Assembly: GCA_039815375.1 (NCBI GenBank)
Contig: JBCBZJ010000042.1
Span: 1 to 16,455, forward strand
Length of the DNA stretch: 16,455 bases
Direction of reading: 5' to 3'
Source: Verrucomicrobiota bacterium
GTDB taxonomy: Bacteria; Verrucomicrobiota; Verrucomicrobiia; Opitutales; Coraliomargaritaceae
Numbering within the stretch: the stretch's first letter is position 1; each line of letters begins with the position of its first letter. Positions 1-8,714 of this stretch are shown one piece after another. Position numbers and translations under genes: made by a program. The notes below the pieces were generated by a model, which saw only the letters and a program-made list of their open reading frames with translations, had not been told where the DNA came from and ran no database searches.

Positions 1-857
1 ATATCACGCCCAGGTCGGACCGGTATTTCAACTGATGGCACCTTGAGACCTAATATCTCTATACTGTGTTCTTCCAGGCCGGTGCGCTCTTCGTGCATGC
101 CATGCGCCCAAATCATAAAATTAATAATAATATCAACACGCTTTTCTAGGCGGACCGAACGAACCCCGAAAAGCTCAGCAATGTTAATGATGCCCAGACC
201 ACGACACTCCATATAGCCACGGCTAAGCTCCGAGGATGTGCCCATAAGCTCGCGATCACTAAGCCGCTTTACATAGGTCAGATCATCAGCAACCAGGCTG
301 TGACCTCGCTCAATTAAAGCGAGCGCACACTCACTCTTACCGACCCCACTCTCACCACAGATGAGGGTGCCGATACCTTTAATATCGAGGAGCGTGCCAT
401 GAATGTGGGTGCGCGGGGCAAACTTATCCTCCAACAGGAGCGTAGCTTCGGTCGTGAAAGTCTTTGACTTGAGTGGACTGCGAATGAGGGGCGTCTTGTA
501 TTTGTTAGCGAGTTGCTTAAGCGTTTTGGATGGGGCGAGATGGCGCGAGACGATCAAGCAGGGCACCTTGCGCTCAAGAATAGCCGTCATGATGTCCTTT
601 TCCTCGGCCGCGCCCTTGTCTCTTAAAAAAGCCATTTCACCGGCACCGAGAAGCTGGATCCGTTTTGCTGCAAAAGCAGTAAAATAGCCAACCATGGCCA
701 GTGCCGGACGATTCAAGCTGCGCTCTCGAATGGTCTTATCCAAACCGGCTTCCCCAGCAACAAGTTCCATCTTCAGAGGCTCTTTGAAGGACTCGTAAAA
801 CTCTCGGACAGTGACCGACTCGACGAATTTCGTATTATTTTTATGCACATCGACCAT
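1..857 (-). CDS. hprK: HPr(Ser) kinase/phosphorylase, 3' end runs off the window
   Basis: Not in the ORF track; translated by hand from ATG at 857: [21 protein letters not shown]...[12 protein letters not shown]...RIQLLGAGE. Contains Walker [16 protein letters not shown] and the signature [16 protein letters not shown] lies 7 nt upstream. Confidence 0.95.
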   Translation of the reverse strand, partial: MVDVHKNNTKFVESVTVREFYESFKEPLKMELVAGEAGLDKTIRERSLNRPALAMVGYFTAFAAKRIQLLGAGEMAFLRDKGAAEEKDIMTAILERKVPCLIVSRHLAPSKTLKQLANKYKTPLIRSPLKSKTFTTEATLLLEDKFAPRTHIHGTLLDIKGIGTLICGESGVGKSECALALIERGHSLVADDLTYVKRLSDRELMGTSSELSRGYMECRGLGIINIAELFGVRSVRLEKRVDIIINFMIWAHGMHEERTGLEEHSIEILGLKVPSVEIPVRPGRD

Positions 858-864
858 CTTAAAA

Positions 865-869
865 CCTCC
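865..869 (-). promoter_or_regulatory. Shine-Dalgarno site for hprK
   Basis: GGAGG on the minus strand (cctcc on +), between the lptB stop (873-875) and the hprK ATG (857). Confidence 0.75.
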
Positions 870-872
870 AGT

Positions 873-1613
873 CTACATATTGAAATCTTCGCCAAGGTAG
901 AACTCCCGGCTCTTTGGGTCGTTAATCAAAAAATCGCTGCTTCCCTCGCAGAGGACAGACCCCTGATGCAGCAAGTAGGCGCGATCTACAATGCTGAGAG
1001 TCTCACGCACATTGTGATCGGTAATAAGGACGCCAATACCACGTCTTGCGAGCTGGATAATAATCTTCTGCACTTCACTCACACTAATTGGATCGACGCC
1101 ACTAAATGGTTCATCCATCAGAAGGAACTTGGGCTCAGTAACAAGCGCACGGGAAATCTCCAAGCGCCGCCGCTCTCCTCCGCTCAACGTGTAGGCTTTT
1201 TGTTTCGCAAGATGAGTCAGGCCCAGCTCCTCAAGATGCTTCTCGACGCGCTCCTTGCGTTCGACCCGGCTTAAGGGTAAGGTCTCAGCAATTGCTCGAA
1301 TATTCTGCTCTACAGTCAGTTTGCGAAAGATTGAAGCCTCTTGGGGGAGATAGCCGATCCCGCAACGGGCCCGTCGATACATGGGCAAGTTGGTCAAGTC
1401 ACTGTCATCCAGAAAAACACTTCCTTCGGTCGCTGCAATCAGACCGACGACCATGTAGAAAGTAGTCGTTTTACCAGCTCCGTTTGGTCCGAGCAGGCCG
1501 ACAATTTCGCCTGCACTAACACTGATATCTACCTCGTTGACTACACGCCGCTTACCGAAATCGCGGACTAGACCACGGGTTTGTATCATCGGGGAAGCAG
1601 AATTCTCAGACAT
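873..1613 (-). CDS. lptB: LPS export ABC transporter ATP-binding protein LptB
   Basis: Walker A GPNGAGKTT, Q-loop YLPQEASIFRKL, LSGGERRR, LptB-type DEPFSGVDP, ITDHNVRETL and C-terminal YLGEDF. ATG at 1613 preferred over the track start at 1634. Confidence 0.95.
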   Translation of the reverse strand: MSENSASPMIQTRGLVRDFGKRRVVNEVDISVSAGEIVGLLGPNGAGKTTTFYMVVGLIAATEGSVFLDDSDLTNLPMYRRARCGIGYLPQEASIFRKLTVEQNIRAIAETLPLSRVERKERVEKHLEELGLTHLAKQKAYTLSGGERRRLEISRALVTEPKFLLMDEPFSGVDPISVSEVQKIIIQLARRGIGVLITDHNVRETLSIVDRAYLLHQGSVLCEGSSDFLINDPKSREFYLGEDFNM

Positions 1614-1679
1614 ATCTAGCTCGAACAAAAGCACTCACATCGAGTGGCGCAATGCATTCCTGCCGCCGAACTTGCAAAA

Positions 1680-3575
1680 TTAGTCCAATCCGCCCCCGGA
1701 TATAGCTGGAAGTGTAATCCGTGCACGCTCATTTTCAGGACCACCACCCTCAACAATAGCCCGGCGCTGTCCCTGCAAAAGTGTCATGCGAAAACCAGAA
1801 ACACGACCGCGCTCATCATTCACGACCGCGTCCTCTTCCAGGACAACTTTACCTTCCTGAGGCAGAATGAAAGCGCGCTCTGCTGTCGCGGTTCGGCCAG
1901 TTTGTTTAAACACGACGTTTTCGTGAGCCTCGATCCGGTCGACCTCAAGGCGTTCTGCTCCATTACTCGAAACTGCAGAGGAACTCTCCACTGCAACGAT
2001 GTCCAAGCGCTCACAAGTGGCTTCAAGGTTCGTCGCCACGACTCCCACAGATTCAGTAAAACGAAACAGGGTATGATCAGCTTCTTCAGTCATCCGTAGC
2101 AGTTGACTTCGGACAACGGTATTCTCGGATAGCGCCGAGGCTGCAACCTCCGGCTTTGTTTCAACCCCTTCGCCAGTAGCTTCAGCACGAGTCGGAGTAA
2201 AAGTTTCATAGCCCAAGTCAGGAAGTTCAGGCAGTTGCACAACTACGTCCATATCTCCATTACCCTCAACAATGGCCAATTTCGGCTGCAGCTCCATCCG
2301 ATGACCGGTGAGGATTGCCTCGTTATTTGTGATCTTTGGCGAACCGGTCAGCACAGCACGCTCTTTCTTCGGATAAAAAACCACCTTATCGCCTGTCGCA
2401 ACCTGACCGTTTTGTTCAATGCGAACCCCTCCTGCCGCCACCATACTACGAACCTCACCAACCTTAAGTGCATTCGTCTGCTCTTCATCGGTTTGGCCTG
2501 CCGCGGGAGAATTATCAGAATTGTTCGCCAGAATAGTCATACTGTCCGCATTAAGCATCACTGCACCCGACATCACTTCAACCCTTCCTTCAAAAAGAAA
2601 CTGATTCTCGGAATCCACCTCACGCATGGTGATTGTATCCGCCAGGACAATCGTCTCGTTGCTCAACGAGGACGCACCCTGGATGCCCAAACCACCCGTT
2701 TGCGTCAAAATCATTTGGGCTCTTCCTTCCGATGGGCTGCCTTCAATCACAATCTGCCCCTCTTGACTCCGAACAGAAACCCCGCTCAGGTAAGCTCCGG
2801 CAACCTCGATTTGAGGCTGACCGGACAAATCGGCTTTCATCTCACGTATCAGAAAAAGGGCTTTCTGGGAACGGACCGTGCGATCACCCTGAAGAATAAC
2901 AACATCATCGTGGGCAATGATCTTTTTTATCGTATCCAGCTTGCCGGAACCGAGATTCAAATCCTGATCATCGCGGTTTTTTGGTGCGTCGGCCAACGCA
3001 ATCAAAACTTCACTCTTCAGGTCCATTTCTCCCGAAACCGCGTGCACGGAACCGCTGAATTCGAAATTATACTCCGTCTCGGTCGTTTGCAGAACAAGTC
3101 GATCGCTCTTTATGATGGTTGAATTGTCTCCAACTGATCCATCCGTCGAAAGCCCACCTGAAATCGCCTGAGTGAACTCAACCACTGTGTCTGCCATGAC
3201 GACGATTTCTTTGCTTTCGCCTACCCATTCCCATCCGGTGCCGGAGATTCTAAAATTCGGACCTTCAATCACGATTGAGTCCTCTGAGAAAGCCCGATTC
3301 TCCTTCAGTTTCAAAGTCGCTTGCGGACTATCGAGGGTAAGCTCTTTAGCCATACGCTCATCTCCAGAATAAACTCGGAGAGCCATTTCTTCTACTCGAA
3401 TTTGCTCTTCGCTATCGTAGATACCCCTTTCGCCCTGGAGCACCCACTGAGTATAGCCATTCTCCCCGAAACGCGGGAATTTGAAATTTTTCACCGGAGC
3501 ACTCGGCGTCATCTGTGCAAACGCTCCGCTGCAAACAATCAAAGAAACTAAAAAAACTAAATTCCTTGAAGGCAT
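1680..3575 (-). CDS. Secreted multidomain LPS transport protein: LptC-like domain plus three LptA/OstA-like beta-jellyroll repeats (631 aa)
   Basis: Directly upstream of lptB. Signal peptide MPSRNLVFLVSLIVCSGAFA|Q from ATG at 3575. Three internal repeats carry LptA-like motifs (F.F.G.V, I.A...V...Q..R.A). The track start at 3689 would run through the predicted aspS terminator. Confidence 0.8.
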   Translation of the reverse strand: MPSRNLVFLVSLIVCSGAFAQMTPSAPVKNFKFPRFGENGYTQWVLQGERGIYDSEEQIRVEEMALRVYSGDERMAKELTLDSPQATLKLKENRAFSEDSIVIEGPNFRISGTGWEWVGESKEIVVMADTVVEFTQAISGGLSTDGSVGDNSTIIKSDRLVLQTTETEYNFEFSGSVHAVSGEMDLKSEVLIALADAPKNRDDQDLNLGSGKLDTIKKIIAHDDVVILQGDRTVRSQKALFLIREMKADLSGQPQIEVAGAYLSGVSVRSQEGQIVIEGSPSEGRAQMILTQTGGLGIQGASSLSNETIVLADTITMREVDSENQFLFEGRVEVMSGAVMLNADSMTILANNSDNSPAAGQTDEEQTNALKVGEVRSMVAAGGVRIEQNGQVATGDKVVFYPKKERAVLTGSPKITNNEAILTGHRMELQPKLAIVEGNGDMDVVVQLPELPDLGYETFTPTRAEATGEGVETKPEVAASALSENTVVRSQLLRMTEEADHTLFRFTESVGVVATNLEATCERLDIVAVESSSAVSSNGAERLEVDRIEAHENVVFKQTGRTATAERAFILPQEGKVVLEEDAVVNDERGRVSGFRMTLLQGQRRAIVEGGGPENERARITLPAISGGGLD

Positions 3576-3638
3576 AGAATTATGAAAAGCTACAGTGGAG
3601 CAAGTTCCCAACAAGAACAGATGCTGAACAGGTGTAAG

Positions 3639-3686
3639 GAAACAAAGAAAGCAGGACTGAAGGACATTCCTACTTTCCTGCTTTCT
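3639..3686 (-). terminator. Probable Rho-independent terminator of aspS
   Basis: Perfect 11-bp inverted repeat AGAAAGCAGGA (3646-3656) / TCCTGCTTTCT (3676-3686) with an inner AGGA/TCCT stem. On the minus strand it is followed by TTGTTT and starts 22 nt after the aspS stop. Confidence 0.7.
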
Positions 3687-3708
3687 CAATTAAATACTGA
3701 GCCACATC

Positions 3709-5502
3709 CTAAGTGTCGTCCTTTTTCGGAAGGATTGCTTTGATGTGAAGATCCCGAAGCTGCTTATCGGTCGCGATACCGGGGCTGGCCGTCATCATTT
3801 CCTGTCCTTTCTGGTTCTTCGGGAAGGCAATGACGTCGCGAATACTGCTTCGGCCTCCGAGAATAGTGACCATTCGGTCGAGCCCAAAGGCAATGCCACC
3901 GTGCGGCGGCGCGCCATAATCAAATGCACGAAGCATATAACCGAAGCGGCTTTCCACGACCTCTGGTTCGATCTTGAGCACGTCTTCGAAAACCTTCTTC
4001 TGCACTTCCGGCTGATGGATACGGATGGAACCGCCACCGAGTTCAACGCCGTTGAGAACAAGGTCGTAGTGCTGCCCGCGGACCTTCTTCGGATCGCTGT
4101 CGAGTAACGGAATATCCTCTTCGACCGGCGCGGTGAATGGATGGTGCGAGGCAACGAAACGGCCTTGCTCTTCATCAAACAGCATTAGTGGGAATTCAAT
4201 GACCCAAAGGAACTTGTAGTCAGCCGGGTCGATCGTGAGCTTCCCGCGCTTGACCAGCAACTGCGCCGCGTCGAGGCGAACACGGCCAAGAATCGTGCAG
4301 GCACGCTCCCATTCGGTAGCTGCAAAAAAGACAATGTCGCCCTCCTCGATGTTAAGCGTTTCCTTGAGTGCAGCCTTTTCCTCATCAGAGAAGAATTTAA
4401 GAATTGGTGATTTCCACTCACCGCCTTCTGACTTGATGAAGGCGAGGCCCTTCGCCCCGAGCGATTTAGCTGCATCTTCGAGGTTGCGTAGTTCACCCTG
4501 TGTGAGGTCGGCAAGCCCCTTCGCGTTGAAGGCCTTGATCGAACCACCGGAGTCGAGAGCACCCTTGAAAACCTTGAATTCCGAGTTGGCAAAAATCTCG
4601 GCACAATCCTGCAGCTCCAGACCGAAACGCATGTCTGGCTTATCAACACCGAAGCGGTTCATTGCATCGAAGTAGCTCATGCGAAGGAATGGTGTTTCCA
4701 AATCGATCCCGAGCACGTCCTTCCAAACACGTTTCATCAGACCTTCGATCAGCGCATACATGTCTTCGCGGTCAATGAAGGAGAGTTCGATATCGAGTTG
4801 GGTAAACTCGGGCTGCCGATCCGCACGCAGATCTTCGTCACGGAAGCAGCGGGCCAGTTGATAGTAGCGCTCGACCCCGGCAACCATCAGCATCTGCTTG
4901 TATTGCTGCGGACTCTGCGGAAGCGCATAAAACGCACCAGGGTTCATCCGGCTGGGCACGAGGAACTCGCGGGCACCCTCGGGGGTGCTTTTAAAGAGCA
5001 TCGGTGTTTCCACATCGAGAAAACCATTTTCATCCATGTAGTTGCGAACAGATTGGCTCGTCTGATGGCGCAACTTGAGTAGCTTCAGATTCGAGCTGCG
5101 GCGCAGATCCAGATAACGGTAAGTCATGCGGAGGTCTTCGCTCGTCTTGTCGGCCGAATCATCCATCGGGAAAGGAGGCGTCTTGGAGACATTGTGCACC
5201 TTAAGCTCGAAAGCGTGCACTTCAATGTCGCCCGTTTCCAGATTGGAGTTAACCGCTTCAGCGATACGCTCGCGAACTTCTCCAGCCACTTCGATCACTG
5301 ATTCCGGCTTAATTGAGCCGAATTGCGTTTCGAGGGCCGCATTACTAGGGTCGAGCACAATCTGGGTCAGGCCTTCGCGATCGCGAAGGTCGACAAAGAG
5401 AATACCGCCGTGGTCACGCACCGAATCCACCCATCCACTAAGCGTGGCGGAGGAACCGGCGTCGGATTTACGGAGTTGAGAGCAGTGGTGAGTGCGCATC
5501 AT
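3709..5502 (-). CDS. aspS: Aspartate--tRNA ligase (bacterial type, possibly non-discriminating)
   Basis: N-terminal MRTHHC, OB-fold RDHGG..FVDLRDREG, YRYLDLRR, TPEGAREFLVP, ALPQSPQ, motif 2 CFRDEDLRADRQPEFTQLD, HHPFT and motif 3 PPHGGIAFGLDR. Confidence 0.98.
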   Translation of the reverse strand: MMRTHHCSQLRKSDAGSSATLSGWVDSVRDHGGILFVDLRDREGLTQIVLDPSNAALETQFGSIKPESVIEVAGEVRERIAEAVNSNLETGDIEVHAFELKVHNVSKTPPFPMDDSADKTSEDLRMTYRYLDLRRSSNLKLLKLRHQTSQSVRNYMDENGFLDVETPMLFKSTPEGAREFLVPSRMNPGAFYALPQSPQQYKQMLMVAGVERYYQLARCFRDEDLRADRQPEFTQLDIELSFIDREDMYALIEGLMKRVWKDVLGIDLETPFLRMSYFDAMNRFGVDKPDMRFGLELQDCAEIFANSEFKVFKGALDSGGSIKAFNAKGLADLTQGELRNLEDAAKSLGAKGLAFIKSEGGEWKSPILKFFSDEEKAALKETLNIEEGDIVFFAATEWERACTILGRVRLDAAQLLVKRGKLTIDPADYKFLWVIEFPLMLFDEEQGRFVASHHPFTAPVEEDIPLLDSDPKKVRGQHYDLVLNGVELGGGSIRIHQPEVQKKVFEDVLKIEPEVVESRFGYMLRAFDYGAPPHGGIAFGLDRMVTILGGRSSIRDVIAFPKNQKGQEMMTASPGIATDKQLRDLHIKAILPKKDDT

Positions 5503-5619
5503 GGGAAACGCGCAAAGAAAACAGCTAAGCTAAGCAGAACAAGCATGAAAACAGCTCAATGATCGAGATGTGGCTATGTCCATTTGCAATTTCCGAATCA
5601 CTTGACAACATCATGCACC

Positions 5620-6069
5620 ATGAAACTTCGAACCATCACCACCGCTCTCCTCTTCGTATTCACTGCCAACTTTGCATCGGCTCACTGCCAGGTGCCCTGT
5701 GGTATTTTCAACGATGAGCTCAAATTCAGTGAACTTGAACAACACGTAGAAACCATCGCCAAGGCGGCACGCCTGATGAACGAGATTTCCGCAAAGGACG
5801 ATTCTGTTGCTTACGACCAGCAACAATTCGTTCGCTGGACCAAAACCAAGGAAGAGCACGCCCAAAAGATTATCGACGAAGCGGCTAACTACTTCCTGGC
5901 CCAGCGCATTAAAACTGACGCAGATCACTACGCCGAAAAAATCGAGCTACTTCATCACATTATGGTCAAAGCGATGAAAACCAAGCAAAGCACGGAGGCA
6001 GAAGCTTCCAAAGTCCTACTCGAAAAAATCGAGGCCTTCGAAAAGCTCTACCTCGACCATAAGCACTAG
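5620..6069 (+). CDS. sodN: Nickel superoxide dismutase precursor with signal peptide
   Basis: Ni-hook HCQVPCGIF (5683-5709; consensus HCxxPCGxY) directly follows the 21-aa leader MKLRTITTALLFVFTANFASA. Helical body contains RW..TKEEHA and YFLAQRIK. ATG at 5620 preferred over TTG at 5584. Confidence 0.92.
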   Translation: MKLRTITTALLFVFTANFASAHCQVPCGIFNDELKFSELEQHVETIAKAARLMNEISAKDDSVAYDQQQFVRWTKTKEEHAQKIIDEAANYFLAQRIKTDADHYAEKIELLHHIMVKAMKTKQSTEAEASKVLLEKIEAFEKLYLDHKH

Positions 6070-6072
6070 GCT

Positions 6073-8328
6073 CTAGCTCATATTCATCGGATCGACGTCG
6101 AGTAGATCAATAATTTCTTTGTCCATTTTAAAGTCGTTCCGCAGCTCGCGTATCGGGCCAATCACCTTCGAAGCACTGGACGCGAAATACCAGAGCTGGA
6201 AACGGTATTCGTCACGGATTTTCTCGATTGGAGCAGGCGCAGGGCCACGTATTTCAATCTGCTGTCCGAGCTTTGCCTTCAGCACCTTGAGCCAGTGCTC
6301 GATATAAAAGTTAATCTTCTCCGGGTTCCGGCCACGGAAAAGATGACGAATAAGATGCCGAAACGGCGGGTAATTGAACTCACGACGCTGGTCGAGTTCT
6401 TCGAGGAGGTAGCCTTCGAAGTCCGACTTTCGGGCAAACTGAATAGGCGGTGCATGTGGCGTATGCGTTTGAATCACGACTTCGCCGGCACGGTCTCCAC
6501 GACCGGAGCGTCCGGAGACTTGAACAATCAGTTGGAAGGTTCGTTCACCCGCTCGAAAGTCTTCGACATGTAAAGAACGGTCGGCATCGACCAAACCAAC
6601 AAGCGTGACGTTCGGAAAGTCCAAGCCTTTCGCGATCATTTGAGTGCCGACAAGGAGGTCGATTTTTCCAATACGAAAGTCATTTAGAATTTTCCGGTAG
6701 AGGTTCTTCTTTGACATCGAATCAGCATCCATACGAACGATGCGCGCGCGCGGAAGAATCTTCTGGATCACCTCTTCGATCTTCTGAGTGCCGAGGCCTC
6801 GTTTGCGAATATTCTCCGAATTGCATTTTGGGCACCTAGATGGCGCCTGACGTTGTTCATCACAGAGATGGCAATGCAGGCGCCCATCCGTCTGGTGATA
6901 GGTCATCGGGATACTGCAGTGCTCACACATCTCCACATGGCCGCAATCCGGACACATCATACTGGTGGAATAACCACGGCGATTCAGGAAAAGGATACTT
7001 TGTTCCTTCTTTTCGAACCGGTCGACAAGCTTGTCGGCGAGTGTTCTTGAAATTGGTGAAGCGCCCTTCCCTTGCAAAGCTTCACGGCGCATATCAACGA
7101 GATGTATTTTCGGAAGCTCACGGTCATCGACTCGATTTAGGATGCGGTCCACCCCGTATTTGCCACGATCCACATTGTAGAGTGATTCAAGTGACGGCGT
7201 GGCCGAGCCCAGCACGCAGACAGCATCATTTAATAGAGCACGATAGACCGCCACATCGCGGCCATGGTAACGCGGGGCATCCTCCTGTTTGTAGGAGGGT
7301 TCATGCTCTTCGTCGACAATCACGAGCTTCAAATTCTGAACGGGTGCGAAGACAGCCGACCGAGCACCAACAACAACACGGGCTTCACCACTGGCTAAAG
7401 CCTTCCATGCATCATAACGCTCACCTTCAGAGAGATGGCTGTGCCAAACGACTGTGTGCACACCGCGCGCCTCAAGTCGCGCACGAACACGACCAACCGT
7501 TTGGGGAGCAAGCGCAACTTCCGGGACAAGAAAGATCACTCCTCCGCCAGAAGAAACGACTTTTTCCACTGCGTTAAGATACACCTCGGTCTTTCCCGAT
7601 CCGGTCACGCCATGCAGAAGTCGGGTAGAAAAGGCACCTGAATCAATTGCAGTCTCAATCGACGTCACAGCTGCCGCTTGCTCATCTGTTAGCGCGTGGC
7701 GCTTCTCCGGCACGACGGTTTCCATCTTGCCGAGCTCGTCTTCATAAGCGACACGCTCCTCCTCGGTATCGGTCTCTCGCAGAAAGCCCTTGGCAACCAG
7801 TCCATCACACGCGGAAGCGCTGATTTTCATCCGTTTCAAAATCTGGACTTTGGGCAATGGCTTAAATTGCTGGCGAATGAAGCGCAAAAGCTCGGCCTGT
7901 TTCGGTGCACGCTTTTCCAGCAAAAAAAGCTCTTCTGCCGTAGGTTCTTTTGCGGCCGCGATGTAGAGGCGGGTCTTCGCCTTCATGCCTTTGCGAATCG
8001 CAGCAGGAATCATTGCCTCCAGCGTCGCCTCGGGCGTAGCAGAATAGTATTCCTTAACCCACTGGTAAAGACGCATGACATCCGGCGGCAAAACAGGATA
8101 TGGCTGCACCACATCGTAAAGCATTTTGAGTTTTCCCGGGGGAATTTCCTGATCCGTGCCGAAGCGCAACACGACTGCCAACTCGCTCCGACGCCTTAAA
8201 GGAATTCGAACCAATGAGCCAATGGCTATCAAATCTAAACTGGTTGGAGGCACAGCATAAGCCAACGAGGTATCGAAGCCGGAAAGAGCAATTACCTCAA
8301 CGATGCTTTTGTCGTGCTTACTTGGCAC
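6073..8328 (-). CDS. priA: Primosomal protein N' (replication restart helicase)
   Basis: Walker [44 protein letters not shown], four CxxC (CPDC, CEHC, CHLC, CPKC), [23 protein letters not shown] start. Confidence 0.97.
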   Translation of the reverse strand: MPSKHDKSIVEVIALSGFDTSLAYAVPPTSLDLIAIGSLVRIPLRRRSELAVVLRFGTDQEIPPGKLKMLYDVVQPYPVLPPDVMRLYQWVKEYYSATPEATLEAMIPAAIRKGMKAKTRLYIAAAKEPTAEELFLLEKRAPKQAELLRFIRQQFKPLPKVQILKRMKISASACDGLVAKGFLRETDTEEERVAYEDELGKMETVVPEKRHALTDEQAAAVTSIETAIDSGAFSTRLLHGVTGSGKTEVYLNAVEKVVSSGGGVIFLVPEVALAPQTVGRVRARLEARGVHTVVWHSHLSEGERYDAWKALASGEARVVVGARSAVFAPVQNLKLVIVDEEHEPSYKQEDAPRYHGRDVAVYRALLNDAVCVLGSATPSLESLYNVDRGKYGVDRILNRVDDRELPKIHLVDMRREALQGKGASPISRTLADKLVDRFEKKEQSILFLNRRGYSTSMMCPDCGHVEMCEHCSIPMTYHQTDGRLHCHLCDEQRQAPSRCPKCNSENIRKRGLGTQKIEEVIQKILPRARIVRMDADSMSKKNLYRKILNDFRIGKIDLLVGTQMIAKGLDFPNVTLVGLVDADRSLHVEDFRAGERTFQLIVQVSGRSGRGDRAGEVVIQTHTPHAPPIQFARKSDFEGYLLEELDQRREFNYPPFRHLIRHLFRGRNPEKINFYIEHWLKVLKAKLGQQIEIRGPAPAPIEKIRDEYRFQLWYFASSASKVIGPIRELRNDFKMDKEIIDLLDVDPMNMS

Positions 8329-8339
8329 TTCTCCGTGAG

Positions 8340-8702
8340 TTAGTCGCCCACTTCTTCCAGAAGCTTTTGATAAGGTGGATAACTCTGCATCACAACCAGA
8401 TCCGGGTCGTGGTGCATCCAGTTGAAATCATGATAGCCGAGTGTGATCGCCGTGCGCAGAACCTTAAGTGCATCAGCCTTCCGCCCTTTTAAGGCCAGAC
8501 TACAGGCGAGATTGTAATGCGTCAAAGGATCTTCCGGCTGTAAGCGAACGAGTTTACGATCCATCTGCAGACCCTTATCGATACGACCCGTCTTCGTGTA
8601 AAGATGAGCAAGCACTGAGACAACCCGCACATCCGAGGGCATTCTCTTTTGCAAGCTCTCAAAGAAACTGAGCTCGAAATCAAGGTTCTCGCTTTTCGAC
8701 AT
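8340..8702 (-). CDS. Small TPR-repeat protein
   Basis: TPR-like helices [15 protein letters not shown] and [19 protein letters not shown], ending GY...DPDL. Sits 11-12 nt from both neighbours. Confidence 0.8.
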   Translation of the reverse strand: MSKSENLDFELSFFESLQKRMPSDVRVVSVLAHLYTKTGRIDKGLQMDRKLVRLQPEDPLTHYNLACSLALKGRKADALKVLRTAITLGYHDFNWMHHDPDLVVMQSYPPYQKLLEEVGD

Positions 8703-8714
8703 CCTTAAGACTGA

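Noticed and set aside
403..687. 94-aa plus-strand ORF
   Set aside because: Antisense shadow of hprK, which has clear family motifs on the minus strand.
1624..1646. Small hairpin CACTC-N5-GAGTG followed by TTTTGTT on the minus strand, before lptB
   Set aside because: A 5-bp stem is too weak to call a terminator or attenuator without data.
2235..3122. 295-aa plus-strand ORF
   Set aside because: Lies wholly antisense to the Lpt gene, has no recognisable motifs, and has the His/Arg/Leu-rich composition typical of shadow frames.
3576..3689. Cys-rich 38-aa N-terminal extension of the Lpt protein in the ORF track
   Set aside because: It runs through the predicted aspS terminator, and ATG 3575 gives a clean signal peptide.
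5602..5607. Perfect TTGACA upstream of sodN
   Set aside because: A -10 element at normal spacing would fall inside the coding sequence, so it cannot be the sodN -35 for the ATG at 5620.
6840..7577. 245-aa plus-strand ORF and other ORFs inside priA
   Set aside because: Antisense to a conserved gene, with His/Arg/Pro-rich non-protein-like composition.
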